A stretch of 53,003 nucleotides of DNA from an uncultured Candidatus Saccharibacteria bacterium (GCA_964518135.1 CAZFEY010000002.1:1-53003); one strand, 5' to 3'; positions 7,860-18,013 are shown, numbered from the stretch's first letter. Made by a program: numbers and translations. Notes: generated from the sequence alone by a model not told the origin.

Positions 7860-9587
7860 ATGCCAAATCTCATTCGCTATTTAGTTAAAAAAGGTATTCT
7901 AGATAAAGAGAAGGCGAGTACCTTAGAGTTTGAAGTCAACAATTCCGGAAAAAGGGAGGAAGAATTGTTGCTAGAAAAAGGAATTGTTTCCGAGAGTTTT
8001 TTGTTTGGGTTGAAAAGCGAGAATTTAAAAATGCCGTTGAAGGAAATATCCGTTGATGAGATACCCCTCAAAACCCTAGAGCTTATTCCTGAGGAATCGG
8101 CCAAATATTACAGGATCGTTCCCTTGGTTTTGCGCGATAATGTTTTGGAGGTAGGAATGGTTTATCCAGAAGACCTCAAGACCCAAGAGGCTATTCAGTT
8201 CTTGGCTAGACAGGGTAAGTTCTCTTACAAAACCTTTCTGATCACACTATCTACTTTCAATAACATCCTTAAACAGTACCGCACCCTGAAAAGAGAGGTA
8301 AATAGAGCGCTAGAAGAATTGGAGACAGAATTGAAAGAAGAAAAGGTAAAACCCAAACCAGACCAGGCTGAAGAATTTCAGAGATTGGCAGAAGACGCAC
8401 CAGTTATTAAGGTGGTAGCGGTGATTTTGAGACATGCGGTCGAGGGTAGGGCTTCCGATATTCATATAGAGCCAGGTCGCGACAAATCAAGGGTTAGATT
8501 CAGAGTCGGTGGCACATTGCACTCTTCGATTCTCTTGCCAGCAAGAGCGCATCCGGCAGTTGTTGCCAGAATCAAAATCTTATCAAGTTTAAAAATTGAT
8601 GAGACCAGAATTCCTCAAGATGGCAGGTTTTCTGCCAGGATTCTCGACAAGGACATCGATTTTAGAGTTGCTACATTTCCGATTACTACAGGAGAAAAAG
8701 TTGCTATAAGAGTTTTAAATCCTACCGATGGGTCAAAGAATTTTGACGAACTTGGACTAGAAAGAAGAAACTTCGACGTAGTCAAAAAAGCAATCCAGAA
8801 ACCATTTGGATTAATTCTGTCTACTGGACCTACTGGTTCTGGTAAAACGACAACGCTTTACGCCATACTCAATCTTCTCAATAAAGAAGGGGTTAATATT
8901 GTAACGTTAGAAGATCCAGTAGAATATTTCATAGAAGGGGTTAATCAGTCGCAAGTAAGACCCGAGATTGGTTATGGATTTGCTCAAGGACTAAGACAGG
9001 TTTTAAGGCAAGATCCCAATATTGTTATGGTGGGAGAAATTAGAGATGAAGAGACGGCAAGCTTGGCAATCCATGCCGCCCTGACCGGACACATTGTCTT
9101 ATCGACCCTACATACAAATAATGCCATAGGAGTTATTCCTCGTCTTATTGACATGGGGGTAAAGCCGTTTCTGATATCGCCTGCCTTGAGCATAGCTATT
9201 GCCCAGAGACTTATTGGAGTTTTGTGTGTTCATTGCAAGGTAAAGGTTAAGGCAAAAAAAGAGATCCAGGCGCTGATCATGAAAGAAGTAAATAGTTTGC
9301 CGGAACAGATTAGGTCAAAACTCAAAATAAGCGACCCCTTGATGGTATTTGAGCCAAAAGGATGTAAGCAGTGCGGCTCCAGAGGTTTTTCGGGCAGAAT
9401 AGGGGTTTTTGAAATATTAGAAATGACAGATAGCTTGTCTAGCATAGTCGTGAAAGACCCGCAAGAGCAAAAAATCGCCAAGGAAGCATTTGATCAAGGC
9501 ATGATCACTATGCGCCAAGACGGAATACTAAAAGTTTTGGATGGCATCACTACCATAGAAGAAATTTTAAGAGTTGCCGAAGAATAA
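7860..9587 (+). CDS. pilB: Type IV pilus extension ATPase PilB/GspE family
   Basis: 575 aa. Walker A 'GPTGSGKTTT', Asp/His boxes, tetracysteine 'CVHC...CKQC'. Confidence 0.92.
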   Translation: MPNLIRYLVKKGILDKEKASTLEFEVNNSGKREEELLLEKGIVSESFLFGLKSENLKMPLKEISVDEIPLKTLELIPEESAKYYRIVPLVLRDNVLEVGMVYPEDLKTQEAIQFLARQGKFSYKTFLITLSTFNNILKQYRTLKREVNRALEELETELKEEKVKPKPDQAEEFQRLAEDAPVIKVVAVILRHAVEGRASDIHIEPGRDKSRVRFRVGGTLHSSILLPARAHPAVVARIKILSSLKIDETRIPQDGRFSARILDKDIDFRVATFPITTGEKVAIRVLNPTDGSKNFDELGLERRNFDVVKKAIQKPFGLILSTGPTGSGKTTTLYAILNLLNKEGVNIVTLEDPVEYFIEGVNQSQVRPEIGYGFAQGLRQVLRQDPNIVMVGEIRDEETASLAIHAALTGHIVLSTLHTNNAIGVIPRLIDMGVKPFLISPALSIAIAQRLIGVLCVHCKVKVKAKKEIQALIMKEVNSLPEQIRSKLKISDPLMVFEPKGCKQCGSRGFSGRIGVFEILEMTDSLSSIVVKDPQEQKIAKEAFDQGMITMRQDGILKVLDGITTIEEILRVAEE

Positions 9588-9633
9588 AATGCTGGTATGA
9601 TACAGATAATCAAATAAGTAACAATTAATAATT

Positions 9634-9999
9634 ATGAAAAAAGTTTTGTTGGTAGAGGACGACCCATTTTTAGTGGATATATACAAAAACAAGCTAGAAG
9701 AGTCGCATTACGAGGTTGAGGCTGTTGGAGATGGAGAAAAAGCGATAGAAAAGATAAAAGAAATAAAGCCAGATGTTGTTCTGCTAGATATTATTTTGCC
9801 CAGCATGGATGGCTGGGAGATACTAAGAATTATAAGAAATAATCCAGACACTAAAGATTTGAAAGTCATTATGTTGTCCAACTTGGGACAAAAAGAAGAA
9901 GTTGAAAAGGGCGTGGATCTTGGAGCAACTAAATATTTAATTAAGGCTCATTTCACCCCAAGCGAAGTCGTAAAAGAAATAAATGAATTGTTAAACTAG
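9634..9999 (+). CDS. Stand-alone response-regulator receiver domain (CheY-like)
   Basis: 121 aa. Acidic pocket 'VEDD', phospho-acceptor context 'VVLLDIILPSMDG', 'MLSNLG', 'KYLIKA'. No output domain. Confidence 0.85.
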   Translation: MKKVLLVEDDPFLVDIYKNKLEESHYEVEAVGDGEKAIEKIKEIKPDVVLLDIILPSMDGWEILRIIRNNPDTKDLKVIMLSNLGQKEEVEKGVDLGATKYLIKAHFTPSEVVKEINELLN

Positions 10000-10007
10000 T
10001 TAAAAGT

Positions 10008-11075
10008 ATGTCAGATTATTCCTCGTTTCTTAGAGAGTTATTGTCTATTACCATACAGGAGCTTGCTTCAGACCTGCATATTTCCGTTGGGCAACCTCCT
10101 ATTATCAGGATTAATGGCAGGCTAGTTCCGTTAATGAAGATGAAAGAGCTAACCGCCGAAGATGCGCAGGCTCTGGCTTTCGAGATAATGACAGCGGATC
10201 AGCAACAAAGATTCTTGAAGGAGAAAGAAATAGATTTTTCTTATAGCGTTGGAGAAAAAGCTCGTTTTCGTGTCAATATATTTTTCCAAAGAGGTTATAT
10301 ATCATGTGCCCTTCGCTTGATACCGGCCAAGATACCTACGCCAGACGAACTTAATCTGCCATCGATCTTATATGAATTTACTAAACCATCGCAGGGTTTT
10401 GTTTTAATAACCGGACCGTCTTCTCATGGCAAGTCCACCACCATGGCATCTTTATTAAACGAGATAAATAAAACGAGACAAGAACACATTATTACCATCG
10501 AGGATCCTATTGAATATATTTTCGAAGACGACAAATGCGTTATAGAGCAAAGAGAGGTTTATCAAGATACTTTATCCTTTTCAAGGGCGTTAAAGTCTAC
10601 TTTTAGACAGGACCCGGATGTCATTATGGTTGGAGAAATGCGAGATGCCGAAACTATGGCAACAGCCATAACGGCCGCGGAAACAGGCCATTTGGTTTTC
10701 GCCACTCTGCATACTAACTCTGCCAGCCAGACTATTCATAGAGTTGTTGATTCTTTTCCTCCGACACAACAAAGTCAAATAAGAGCGCAATTAGCAGATT
10801 CATTGCTCGGCGTTATTTCCCAAAGATTAATACCGGGAGTCAAGGGCGGGTTAGTCCCTGCCTGCGAAGTTATGTTGGCGACCCCGGCCGTAGCCAATTT
10901 AATCCGCGAAAACAAAGCTCATGAGCTAGATTTGGTAATCGAAACATCAACAGAATTGGGGATGATTACATTAAACCGGGCACTAGCCAATCTTGTTAAA
11001 ATGAAGCAAATTTCCTTGAAAAACGCACTCGTGTATTCCCTTAACGCCAGTGAATTAAGAAGGTTGCTTCACTAG
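10008..11075 (+). CDS. pilT: Type IV pilus retraction ATPase PilT
   Basis: 355 aa. Walker A variant 'GPSSHGKSTT', 'IMVGEMRD', 'GHLVFATLHTN', PilT-type 'VANLIRENKAHEL'. Confidence 0.9.
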   Translation: MSDYSSFLRELLSITIQELASDLHISVGQPPIIRINGRLVPLMKMKELTAEDAQALAFEIMTADQQQRFLKEKEIDFSYSVGEKARFRVNIFFQRGYISCALRLIPAKIPTPDELNLPSILYEFTKPSQGFVLITGPSSHGKSTTMASLLNEINKTRQEHIITIEDPIEYIFEDDKCVIEQREVYQDTLSFSRALKSTFRQDPDVIMVGEMRDAETMATAITAAETGHLVFATLHTNSASQTIHRVVDSFPPTQQSQIRAQLADSLLGVISQRLIPGVKGGLVPACEVMLATPAVANLIRENKAHELDLVIETSTELGMITLNRALANLVKMKQISLKNALVYSLNASELRRLLH

Positions 11076-11102
11076 GCCTTCATATAGAAAATATAGATAT
11101 TC

Positions 11103-12308
11103 ATGAAATTTAGTTATCAAGCTAAAACTGCATCAGGCTCTACGCAATCTGGTATTGTTGAAGCGTCTTCTAGGGAATCTGCTTTGTCTTTGTTGCAATC
11201 TTACGGATTGTTCGTCATTGGTATAAGAGAAGATAAAGAAACGGTTTCTTTGCTTGAACAGACGGGTATTTTTCAAAGAATTTCCAGAAAAGATTTGGTA
11301 TCTTTCTTTAGGCAGTTAGCTATTTTATTTAGGTCTAATGTCCCTGTTGTAGAGTCTCTTAAAACCATAGCGAATCAGACAACAAAGCATAGTTTTAGAG
11401 AAAAAATAACAGCTATTTCTGAAAAAGTAGAAGGAGGGACTCCTCTTTCTCGCGCATTGGGAGCTTATCCCAAGGTTTTCTCTTCGTTCTATATAAGCGT
11501 TATAAAATCTGGAGAAATGTCTGGAAAACTTTCTGATGTTTTAGGGTATTTAGCTGACCATATTGAAAATGAATACAATTTCTATTCAAAAATTGTTGCT
11601 GCAATGGTTTATCCTGTTTTCGTTATTGTTGTTTTCATTGCTATCTTGATGGTAATGTCTATTTTTGTTGTTCCCCAGCTTACAGAATTATTGATGGAAA
11701 CTGGTCAAGAACTTCCATTTACGACCCAAATGATGATAGCTCTCTCTAATTTCCTTCGAGATTTTTGGTGGTTGATTTTGATAGTCATCATTGGGATCGT
11801 CTTGGTTATTCATCAATTATTGCAGGAAAAAGAAGGGAAAGAATTTTTCGACCGGCTTCTTTTACGCACTCCCTTTGTTGGAGAATTCATAAAGAAGGTT
11901 AATCTTACAAGAATAGCCGAGAATTTATCCACTTTAATCTCGGCCGGGTTCCCCATTATTCAGGCCCTTGAGACTACCGCTGAAATAGTTGGCAATAGCG
12001 TTTACAAGAAAATCATGTACGACACAGGAGAAAGCATCAGGAAAGGGGAACCAATTAGCGCATATTTGTCCGGCTATCCGAAACTATTTCCACCAATTTT
12101 TATTCAAATGCTTATAGTTGGAGAAAAAACCGGACAGATTGATTTGACCCTGATGAATATAGTGAATTATTACCAAAAGGAAGTGGAGAGATCTTTGGAA
12201 GGGTTTATTAAAATGTTAGAGCCTATAATGATAATTGCTTTGGGAGGGGTTGTTGCGATCTTTATGGCTGCTATCTTGCTTCCTTTGTATAGTATTAGTT
12301 TTGAGTAA
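11103..12308 (+). CDS. pilC: Type IV pilus platform protein PilC/GspF family
   Basis: 401 aa. Duplicated GspF domains and three TM segments. Confidence 0.9.
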   Translation: MKFSYQAKTASGSTQSGIVEASSRESALSLLQSYGLFVIGIREDKETVSLLEQTGIFQRISRKDLVSFFRQLAILFRSNVPVVESLKTIANQTTKHSFREKITAISEKVEGGTPLSRALGAYPKVFSSFYISVIKSGEMSGKLSDVLGYLADHIENEYNFYSKIVAAMVYPVFVIVVFIAILMVMSIFVVPQLTELLMETGQELPFTTQMMIALSNFLRDFWWLILIVIIGIVLVIHQLLQEKEGKEFFDRLLLRTPFVGEFIKKVNLTRIAENLSTLISAGFPIIQALETTAEIVGNSVYKKIMYDTGESIRKGEPISAYLSGYPKLFPPIFIQMLIVGEKTGQIDLTLMNIVNYYQKEVERSLEGFIKMLEPIMIIALGGVVAIFMAAILLPLYSISFE

Positions 12309-12336
12309 TATAGATTTCTAGTTTTTCCACAGAAGC

Positions 12337-12366
12337 TTGATTGCTCTTAAGATATATTGATATACT
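12337..12366 (+). promoter_or_regulatory. Candidate sigma70 promoter for the pilin gene (TTGATT-18-TATACT)
   Basis: Hexamers read directly, ~75 nt upstream of the ATG at 12443. Confidence 0.35.
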
Positions 12367-12442
12367 GGATAATACATTGTTTTTAGATGGTTTTAAAAAT
12401 ATAAAGGTCGATTGTAAAATTTCAACTAAAAGAAATAATAAA

Positions 12443-12856
12443 ATGCAAATTTTTACTAGAAAGAATAAGGGTTTTACTCTTATCGAATTATTAGTTGTTA
12501 TTGCTATCATTGGTATTTTGGCTTCTATTGTGTTGGTAGCATTGGGCAATACAAGGGAAAAAGCTAGGGACGTAAGGATGGTGTCTGACATGAATCAAAT
12601 AAGAAGCTTGGGAGAGATTTTCCGCGATAACAATGAAACCTACGTTGGCCTAAGTGCCGATCCTTCTGTGGTTATACTCGCGGCTGATATTGCCGCTCAA
12701 GGAGGTACTCTTAGTTGGTCCAATTTAACAGTTGATGCTTACTGCGCGGAAGTCTTATTGAATGGTGGTAATTACTTCTGCGTTGATAGTACTTTGAGAG
12801 CAGATCACTACCCCACGAATCCTATTTGCACAGGAGCAGTCCAAACGTGTGAATAA
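12443..12856 (+). CDS. pilA: Major type IV pilin (prepilin)
   Basis: The internal Met of ORF 12341..12856 gives 'MQIFTRKNKG|FTLIELLVVIAIIGILASIV', a class III signal peptide with Glu+5. Four C-terminal Cys. A strong terminator follows. Confidence 0.85.
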   Translation: MQIFTRKNKGFTLIELLVVIAIIGILASIVLVALGNTREKARDVRMVSDMNQIRSLGEIFRDNNETYVGLSADPSVVILAADIAAQGGTLSWSNLTVDAYCAEVLLNGGNYFCVDSTLRADHYPTNPICTGAVQTCE

Positions 12857-12882
12857 GTGGGATAGTGGATTGAATTCATAAC

Positions 12883-12917
12883 AAAAAACGAGACGGTTAC
12901 GCCGCCTCGTTTTTTTG
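12883..12917 (+). terminator. Rho-independent terminator after pilin
   Basis: 8-bp GC-rich stem CGAGACGG/CCGCCTCG with 1 mismatch, flanked by an A-run and T7. Confidence 0.75.
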
Positions 12918-12958
12918 TCTGGTATCGCGGAAAATCCTTAAAATGTTAAAATATTATA

Positions 12959-13744
12959 ATGAGCATATTTTTAAATTTCATAATTTTTGTTTTCGGTTTA
13001 ACGATTAGCAGCTTTTTAAATTGCGTGATTTATCGTCTAGAGAAAAATGAAAGTTTTCTTTGGGGTAGATCGTATTGCCCGCATTGCAAACATATTTTAA
13101 GTTGGTGGGATTTAATCCCTGTTTTTAGTTTCTTGGTTCTTGGGGGTAAATGCCGTTATTGCCATCAAAAAATATCCTATCAGTATCCTTTGGTGGAAAT
13201 GACAACAGGGTTTTTATTTGTTTTAATTTTTCAATTAACAGTCAGCAATCAACAATTAACTATTAGCGGTCTAGCCAATCTTCTCTATTTGTTTATTGCT
13301 AGTTGTTTATTGTTAATTATATTTGTTTACGATTTAAAATATTATCTTATTCCAGATAAGGTTGTTTACCCCGGTATTGTCATTGCGATTATTTATCAGA
13401 TTCTTGCTAATTGGAGTTTATTTTCGATCGTGAATTTGGGCTTAGCTATTCTACCAGCCTTTATTCTTCTGGCTATAATTCTTTTTTCTCATGGTGCTTG
13501 GATGGGGCTTGGAGATTTTAAACTAGCGATTTTAATGGGTTTATTTTTGGGTTGGCCAAATATACTTTTTGCTTTGTTTTCAGCCTTTTTCTTGGGTGCT
13601 ATAATTGGTGCAGTGTTGATAATCTTGAAAAAGAAAGGATTGAAATCAGAAATTCCTTTTGGGCCTTTTTTGGTGACTGGAACATTCCTGGCTCTATTTT
13701 GGGGAGAAAAAGTTATTAATTGGTATCTCGGCTTTCTTTTCTAA
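12959..13744 (+). CDS. pilD: Prepilin peptidase / N-methyltransferase (A24 family)
   Basis: 261 aa, polytopic. 'CPHCKHIL...CRYCHQKI' zinc motif and 'GLGDFKL' active-site Asp context. Confidence 0.9.
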   Translation: MSIFLNFIIFVFGLTISSFLNCVIYRLEKNESFLWGRSYCPHCKHILSWWDLIPVFSFLVLGGKCRYCHQKISYQYPLVEMTTGFLFVLIFQLTVSNQQLTISGLANLLYLFIASCLLLIIFVYDLKYYLIPDKVVYPGIVIAIIYQILANWSLFSIVNLGLAILPAFILLAIILFSHGAWMGLGDFKLAILMGLFLGWPNILFALFSAFFLGAIIGAVLIILKKKGLKSEIPFGPFLVTGTFLALFWGEKVINWYLGFLF

Positions 13745-13747
13745 TAG

Positions 13748-14287
13748 ATGAATAAATCGATTCAGAACAAACAATTTGGAATCACTCTTTTGGAAATTAT
13801 AATTGTTATCGCGATTATCGGTATATTGAGCGCAATTATCATTCCTAATTATAAAGACGCGCAAGCCAGTTTCGCACTAGAAAGATCTGCGCATAAATTA
13901 TCCCAAGATATCAGAAGGGCAGCCGAAATGGCATTAGCCGCAGAAGAGTGTTGTGGTGGGATCATTCCTCCTAGATATGGGATATATATCTCTATGAGTG
14001 AATTGGTATTGTTTGCCGATACTAAACCACCCAAAGGCATTTATTCCGATCAAGACGATATTATAGACACGCTCGATTTAGAAGATAAAGTATTTATTAA
14101 AGACATTAATGTTGGTAGTCCGCCCAAAACTTCTATCACTTTTGAGCCACCAGCGCCAACGGTTGCGATAAAATGGGATAACGAAAGTGATCCAGGCGCG
14201 GATGTAATAATCACCCTAGCCCGGTCAGATTCGTCAGAAACAAAAAAGGTTATCGTAAGTCGGTCAGGGCTTGTTAGTGTTGAATAG
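13748..14287 (+). CDS. Minor pilin/pseudopilin (GspH/FimT-like)
   Basis: Prepilin N-terminus 'NKQFG|ITLLEIIIVIAIIGIL' with Glu+5. Confidence 0.7.
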   Translation: MNKSIQNKQFGITLLEIIIVIAIIGILSAIIIPNYKDAQASFALERSAHKLSQDIRRAAEMALAAEECCGGIIPPRYGIYISMSELVLFADTKPPKGIYSDQDDIIDTLDLEDKVFIKDINVGSPPKTSITFEPPAPTVAIKWDNESDPGADVIITLARSDSSETKKVIVSRSGLVSVE

Positions 14288-14299
14288 AAACGATTCAAA

Positions 14300-14824
14300 A
14301 TGACAAATCATTTGCGTGCCAAGATGAAAAACGGGTTTACTTTAATAGAAGCATTATCGGCTATTTTTGTAATCACCATAGGATTAATTAGCGGCATAAC
14401 ATTGATCACCCGTACAATTTCTTTTATGTCGTTGGGTTCGGCTAAACTAACAGCTAGCTATTTAGCGCAAGAGGGCATAGAGATTGTTAGAAATATCCGC
14501 GACAATAACTGGTTAGATTCCTCTATTCCTTCTTGGGACTTCGGATTAGATACTGAAAGCTACAGAGCTGATTTTGAAGATAGCGTATTAATCCTAGATA
14601 GTGGGACTACTCATCTTAATATCGATAATCAAGGTTTTTATAGATACGACAATAGTTTTCCAGAAGCTCCATTTACGAGGAAAATAACTATCGATAGAGA
14701 TCCATTCTGCGATGGAGAACTATATGGGTGTATAAAAGTGACTGTTGATGTTGGTTGGGAGCAAAATGGCGAGCCCTATAGCGTTAGTGCGCAAGAATAT
14801 CTTTATAATTGGTATCAGAATTAA
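14300..14824 (+). CDS. Minor pilin (PilV-like)
   Basis: 'KMKNG|FTLIEALSAIFVITIG' prepilin motif. Confidence 0.7.
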   Translation: MTNHLRAKMKNGFTLIEALSAIFVITIGLISGITLITRTISFMSLGSAKLTASYLAQEGIEIVRNIRDNNWLDSSIPSWDFGLDTESYRADFEDSVLILDSGTTHLNIDNQGFYRYDNSFPEAPFTRKITIDRDPFCDGELYGCIKVTVDVGWEQNGEPYSVSAQEYLYNWYQN

Positions 14825-14834
14825 CTATTAATAA

Positions 14835-15416
14835 ATGAATAGTGATAATTTAAAAAAACAAAAAGGCATATCTTTAATTGAGTTATTAGTAGCAATGTCT
14901 GTATTCATAATAATTTCTGGCGCAGTATCAGGAATCTTGATTTCTGGAATTAAAGGCCAAAGACACACTCTGGCATCTCAAAGATTATTAGATCAAACCT
15001 CTTTCGCCATGGAATATATGAGTCGAGCCTTAAGATTAGCGAAGAAAGGTGACGATGTATGCATTGGTAGTAATGTTAATTACGAAATTACCAATAGCGG
15101 AAAAGGTATCAAGTTTATTAATCATTTGGAACAAGACGATTGTCAAGAATTCTGTCTTGGCAATGGGTTGTCATGCGATACTAACGGAGAGCAGTTGATG
15201 CAGGTAAAAAATAATCCAGTAGGCGTGTTACCTCTAACTTCTTCGAAATTGAAAGTAGATTCTTTAAACTTCCTTCTCTCGGGAGGATCGGGGCCGCCAG
15301 ATCTTTTGCAACCCCGAGTCACGATTTCCATGAGAGTTCAAGATAAGAGTCAAAATCAGCCATCAATTCTTGTGCAAACAACAGTATCTCAAAGAAATCT
15401 TGATGTTGCGGAATAA
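14835..15416 (+). CDS. Minor pilin (PilW-like)
   Basis: 'KQKG|ISLIELLVAMSVFIII' prepilin motif. Confidence 0.7.
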   Translation: MNSDNLKKQKGISLIELLVAMSVFIIISGAVSGILISGIKGQRHTLASQRLLDQTSFAMEYMSRALRLAKKGDDVCIGSNVNYEITNSGKGIKFINHLEQDDCQEFCLGNGLSCDTNGEQLMQVKNNPVGVLPLTSSKLKVDSLNFLLSGGSGPPDLLQPRVTISMRVQDKSQNQPSILVQTTVSQRNLDVAE

Positions 15417-15420
15417 ATAT

Positions 15421-15849
15421 ATGAGAAAGTGCGCGCGCCAAAAGCCAATTCGCGAAAAATCTAATAGCGATAAGCAAAGAGGGGTGATTATATTTTTAGC
15501 TGTTATAACAACAGCGATTCTCTTGTCTATTGGATTAGCTATTACCACTATTTTAATAGGAGAAATAAGGATTATTAGGGGAATTGGTAATTCTGTAGTT
15601 GCGTTTTATGCTGCTGATACCGGAATCGAAAAGGCCTTACTGGATAGAGAGAATCCGTCCGATGTTGGATCGCCTTCGTCCCCATTGTTATTAGATAATG
15701 GTGCAGAGTATTGGGTGAAGGCATTAAGTCCTGGTGATTCATATCCTAGTCCTGGTGGCAAAGAATGCGATCCGAACAATGATAATGCTTGTTTTTATTC
15801 GTTCGGGACTTTTAGGGGAGTAACAAGGGCTATTGAGGTAGAGTATTAA
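15421..15849 (+). CDS. PilX-like pilus-associated protein
   Basis: The internal ATG at 15421 avoids overlap with the preceding gene. N-terminus '...KQRGVIIFLAVITTAILLSIGLAI' resembles the PilX N-terminal domain. Confidence 0.55.
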   Translation: MRKCARQKPIREKSNSDKQRGVIIFLAVITTAILLSIGLAITTILIGEIRIIRGIGNSVVAFYAADTGIEKALLDRENPSDVGSPSSPLLLDNGAEYWVKALSPGDSYPSPGGKECDPNNDNACFYSFGTFRGVTRAIEVEY

Positions 15850-15898
15850 TGGGAGAAGACAGAAAATGAAGCCTAGAGAATAGAAGATATAAAAATTT

Positions 15899-18013
15899 AT
15901 GGATAAGCAAGAAGCCAAAGAAAGAATTGAAAAACTGAAAGAGAGCATTCGTCATTATAGGTATTTATATCATGTATTAGACAGACAAGAGATTTCAGAC
16001 GCCGCTCTAGACTCCTTAAAAAAGGAGCTTTTTGATTTGGAGCAAGGATATCCGGAATTTGTGACCTCGGATTCACCAACTCAAAGGGTAGGAGGAAAAC
16101 CAATTGATAAATTCGTTAAAGTTAGGCATAAGGAGCAAATGCTTTCTTTCAACGACACTTTTTCCGAGCAAGACATGACAGATTGGCAAGAGAGAATTTC
16201 CAAGCTTCTAAGCGAGAAAGATCAAAAATTGATTGATTTTTACTGCGAGCTAAAGATAGATGGTTTGGCGATAGAGTTGGTTTACCGGGAAAATGTATTA
16301 CAGATTGGTTCTACCAGGGGAGATGGGATGATTGGAGAGGACGTAACAATGAATTTAAAAACGATTGATGCCATTCCGCTGAAAATAAGAACCTTGGACG
16401 ATTTTTCGGAAACAGAAAAAAGCGCTGTTGATTGGGTAAGATTCCAAGACAAAGAATTAATTGTTCGAGGAGAGGTATTTGTTCCAAAAAAGGAATTCTT
16501 GAGATTAAACAAAGAGCAAGAAAAAAAATCACTTCCTCTTTTTGCGAATCCAAGAAATATGGCAGCCGGGTCCATTCGTCAGCTAGATCCTAAAATAACT
16601 GTCCAGAGAGGGCTGGATTTTACTGCCTACGATTTAGTTGGCGAATACGGACAAGAAGGACACGACCAAGAGCATAATTTATTAAAGCTGTTTGGATTTA
16701 AAACAAGCCCGCACACAAAACATTGCAAAAACCTAAAAGAAGTTTTCGAATTTTATAATTATTGGAGAGAAAATAGAGAAAAACTTCCTTACGAGATAGA
16801 TGGGATAGTTGTTGTTGTAAATCAAAACAGGATATATGAAGAATTGGGCGTGGTGGGTAAGGCTCCAAGAGGAGCCGTGGCTTTTAAGTTTCCATTAAAA
16901 CAGGCAACCACTATTGTAGAGAAGATAGTTATTCAAGTCGGCAGAACGGGAGCTTTGACTCCTGTTGCTATTTTGAAGCCCGTCGAGATAGGTGGTGTTA
17001 AGATATCTAGAGCCACCTTACACAACGAAGATGAAATTAAGAAATTAGGCGTTAAAATTGGCGATACCGTCATTGTTGGTAGGGCTGGAGATGTAATTCC
17101 TGATATTGTTAAAGTTTTACCAGAATTGAGGACGGGAAAAGAGAAGGGATTTCATTTTCCAGAATTTTGTCCTGCGTGTAATAAAAAAATATTCAAAAAA
17201 AAGGATGAGGCGGTTTGGCGTTGTTCTAATCGGCAATGTTTTAATCGTCAAAGAAAAAATCTTTATCATTTTACTTCTAGAGGCGCATTTAATATTGTTG
17301 GGTTGGGACCAAGAATTTTAGATAAATTGCTGGACGCAGGATTGGTTGCAGATGCGGCAGATTTATTTAAGCTGGAAGTTGGCGATATAATCCATCTTAA
17401 AAATTTACCATCAGGCAAAACTCGTGTAGATGCTAAAATTCAAGGGTTCGCCGAAAAATCAGCCAATAATCTTATACGATCGGTCGCTTCTAAGAAGAGA
17501 ATTGGCTTGGCGAGATTTATTTATTCTCTTGGTATTAGGAATGTCGGAGAGGAAACTGCCAGAGACCTCGCGTTGTATCTCGGATCTCTAAATAAATTAA
17601 AAGTAGCTTCTTTTGAAGATCTGCAAAAAATTTTGGATATTGGGCCAATTGCAGCAGATTCAATCTACCAATACTTTAAAGACCCGAAAAATAGAGAATT
17701 TTTGGATAGACTAAATAGATTGGGTGTAGAGATAGTGTCGGAGAAAGGAATAAGAAATACGTTTTTAGAGGGAAAAAACTTTGCTTTGACTGGTATTCTG
17801 GATTCTATTACGAGAAATGCGGCAAAAGAAAGGATACGTTTTCTAGGGGGTAAAGTCTCGGAATCTGTTTCGCGCAATACAAGCTATGTTGTTGCGGGGA
17901 CTCATCCCGGGTCTAAGCTGGATGCTGCAAAAAGACTAAATATTCAGGTTTTAAACGAGACCGAATTTATAAAAATGCTAGATATTAAAGATAAAAATAA
18001 ACAGGGGTTATGA
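15899..18013 (+). CDS. ligA: NAD-dependent DNA ligase
   Basis: 704 aa. Adenylation 'CELKIDGLA' (KxDG), Zn finger 'CPACNKK...CSNRQC', HhH and C-terminal BRCT. Confidence 0.95.
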   Translation: MDKQEAKERIEKLKESIRHYRYLYHVLDRQEISDAALDSLKKELFDLEQGYPEFVTSDSPTQRVGGKPIDKFVKVRHKEQMLSFNDTFSEQDMTDWQERISKLLSEKDQKLIDFYCELKIDGLAIELVYRENVLQIGSTRGDGMIGEDVTMNLKTIDAIPLKIRTLDDFSETEKSAVDWVRFQDKELIVRGEVFVPKKEFLRLNKEQEKKSLPLFANPRNMAAGSIRQLDPKITVQRGLDFTAYDLVGEYGQEGHDQEHNLLKLFGFKTSPHTKHCKNLKEVFEFYNYWRENREKLPYEIDGIVVVVNQNRIYEELGVVGKAPRGAVAFKFPLKQATTIVEKIVIQVGRTGALTPVAILKPVEIGGVKISRATLHNEDEIKKLGVKIGDTVIVGRAGDVIPDIVKVLPELRTGKEKGFHFPEFCPACNKKIFKKKDEAVWRCSNRQCFNRQRKNLYHFTSRGAFNIVGLGPRILDKLLDAGLVADAADLFKLEVGDIIHLKNLPSGKTRVDAKIQGFAEKSANNLIRSVASKKRIGLARFIYSLGIRNVGEETARDLALYLGSLNKLKVASFEDLQKILDIGPIAADSIYQYFKDPKNREFLDRLNRLGVEIVSEKGIRNTFLEGKNFALTGILDSITRNAAKERIRFLGGKVSESVSRNTSYVVAGTHPGSKLDAAKRLNIQVLNETEFIKMLDIKDKNKQGL

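Noticed and set aside
12341-12442. N-terminal 34-aa extension of the pilin ORF in the ORF track.
   Set aside because: It would bury the class III signal peptide. The internal ATG at 12443 gives a canonical short leader (MQIFTRKNKG|FTLIE).
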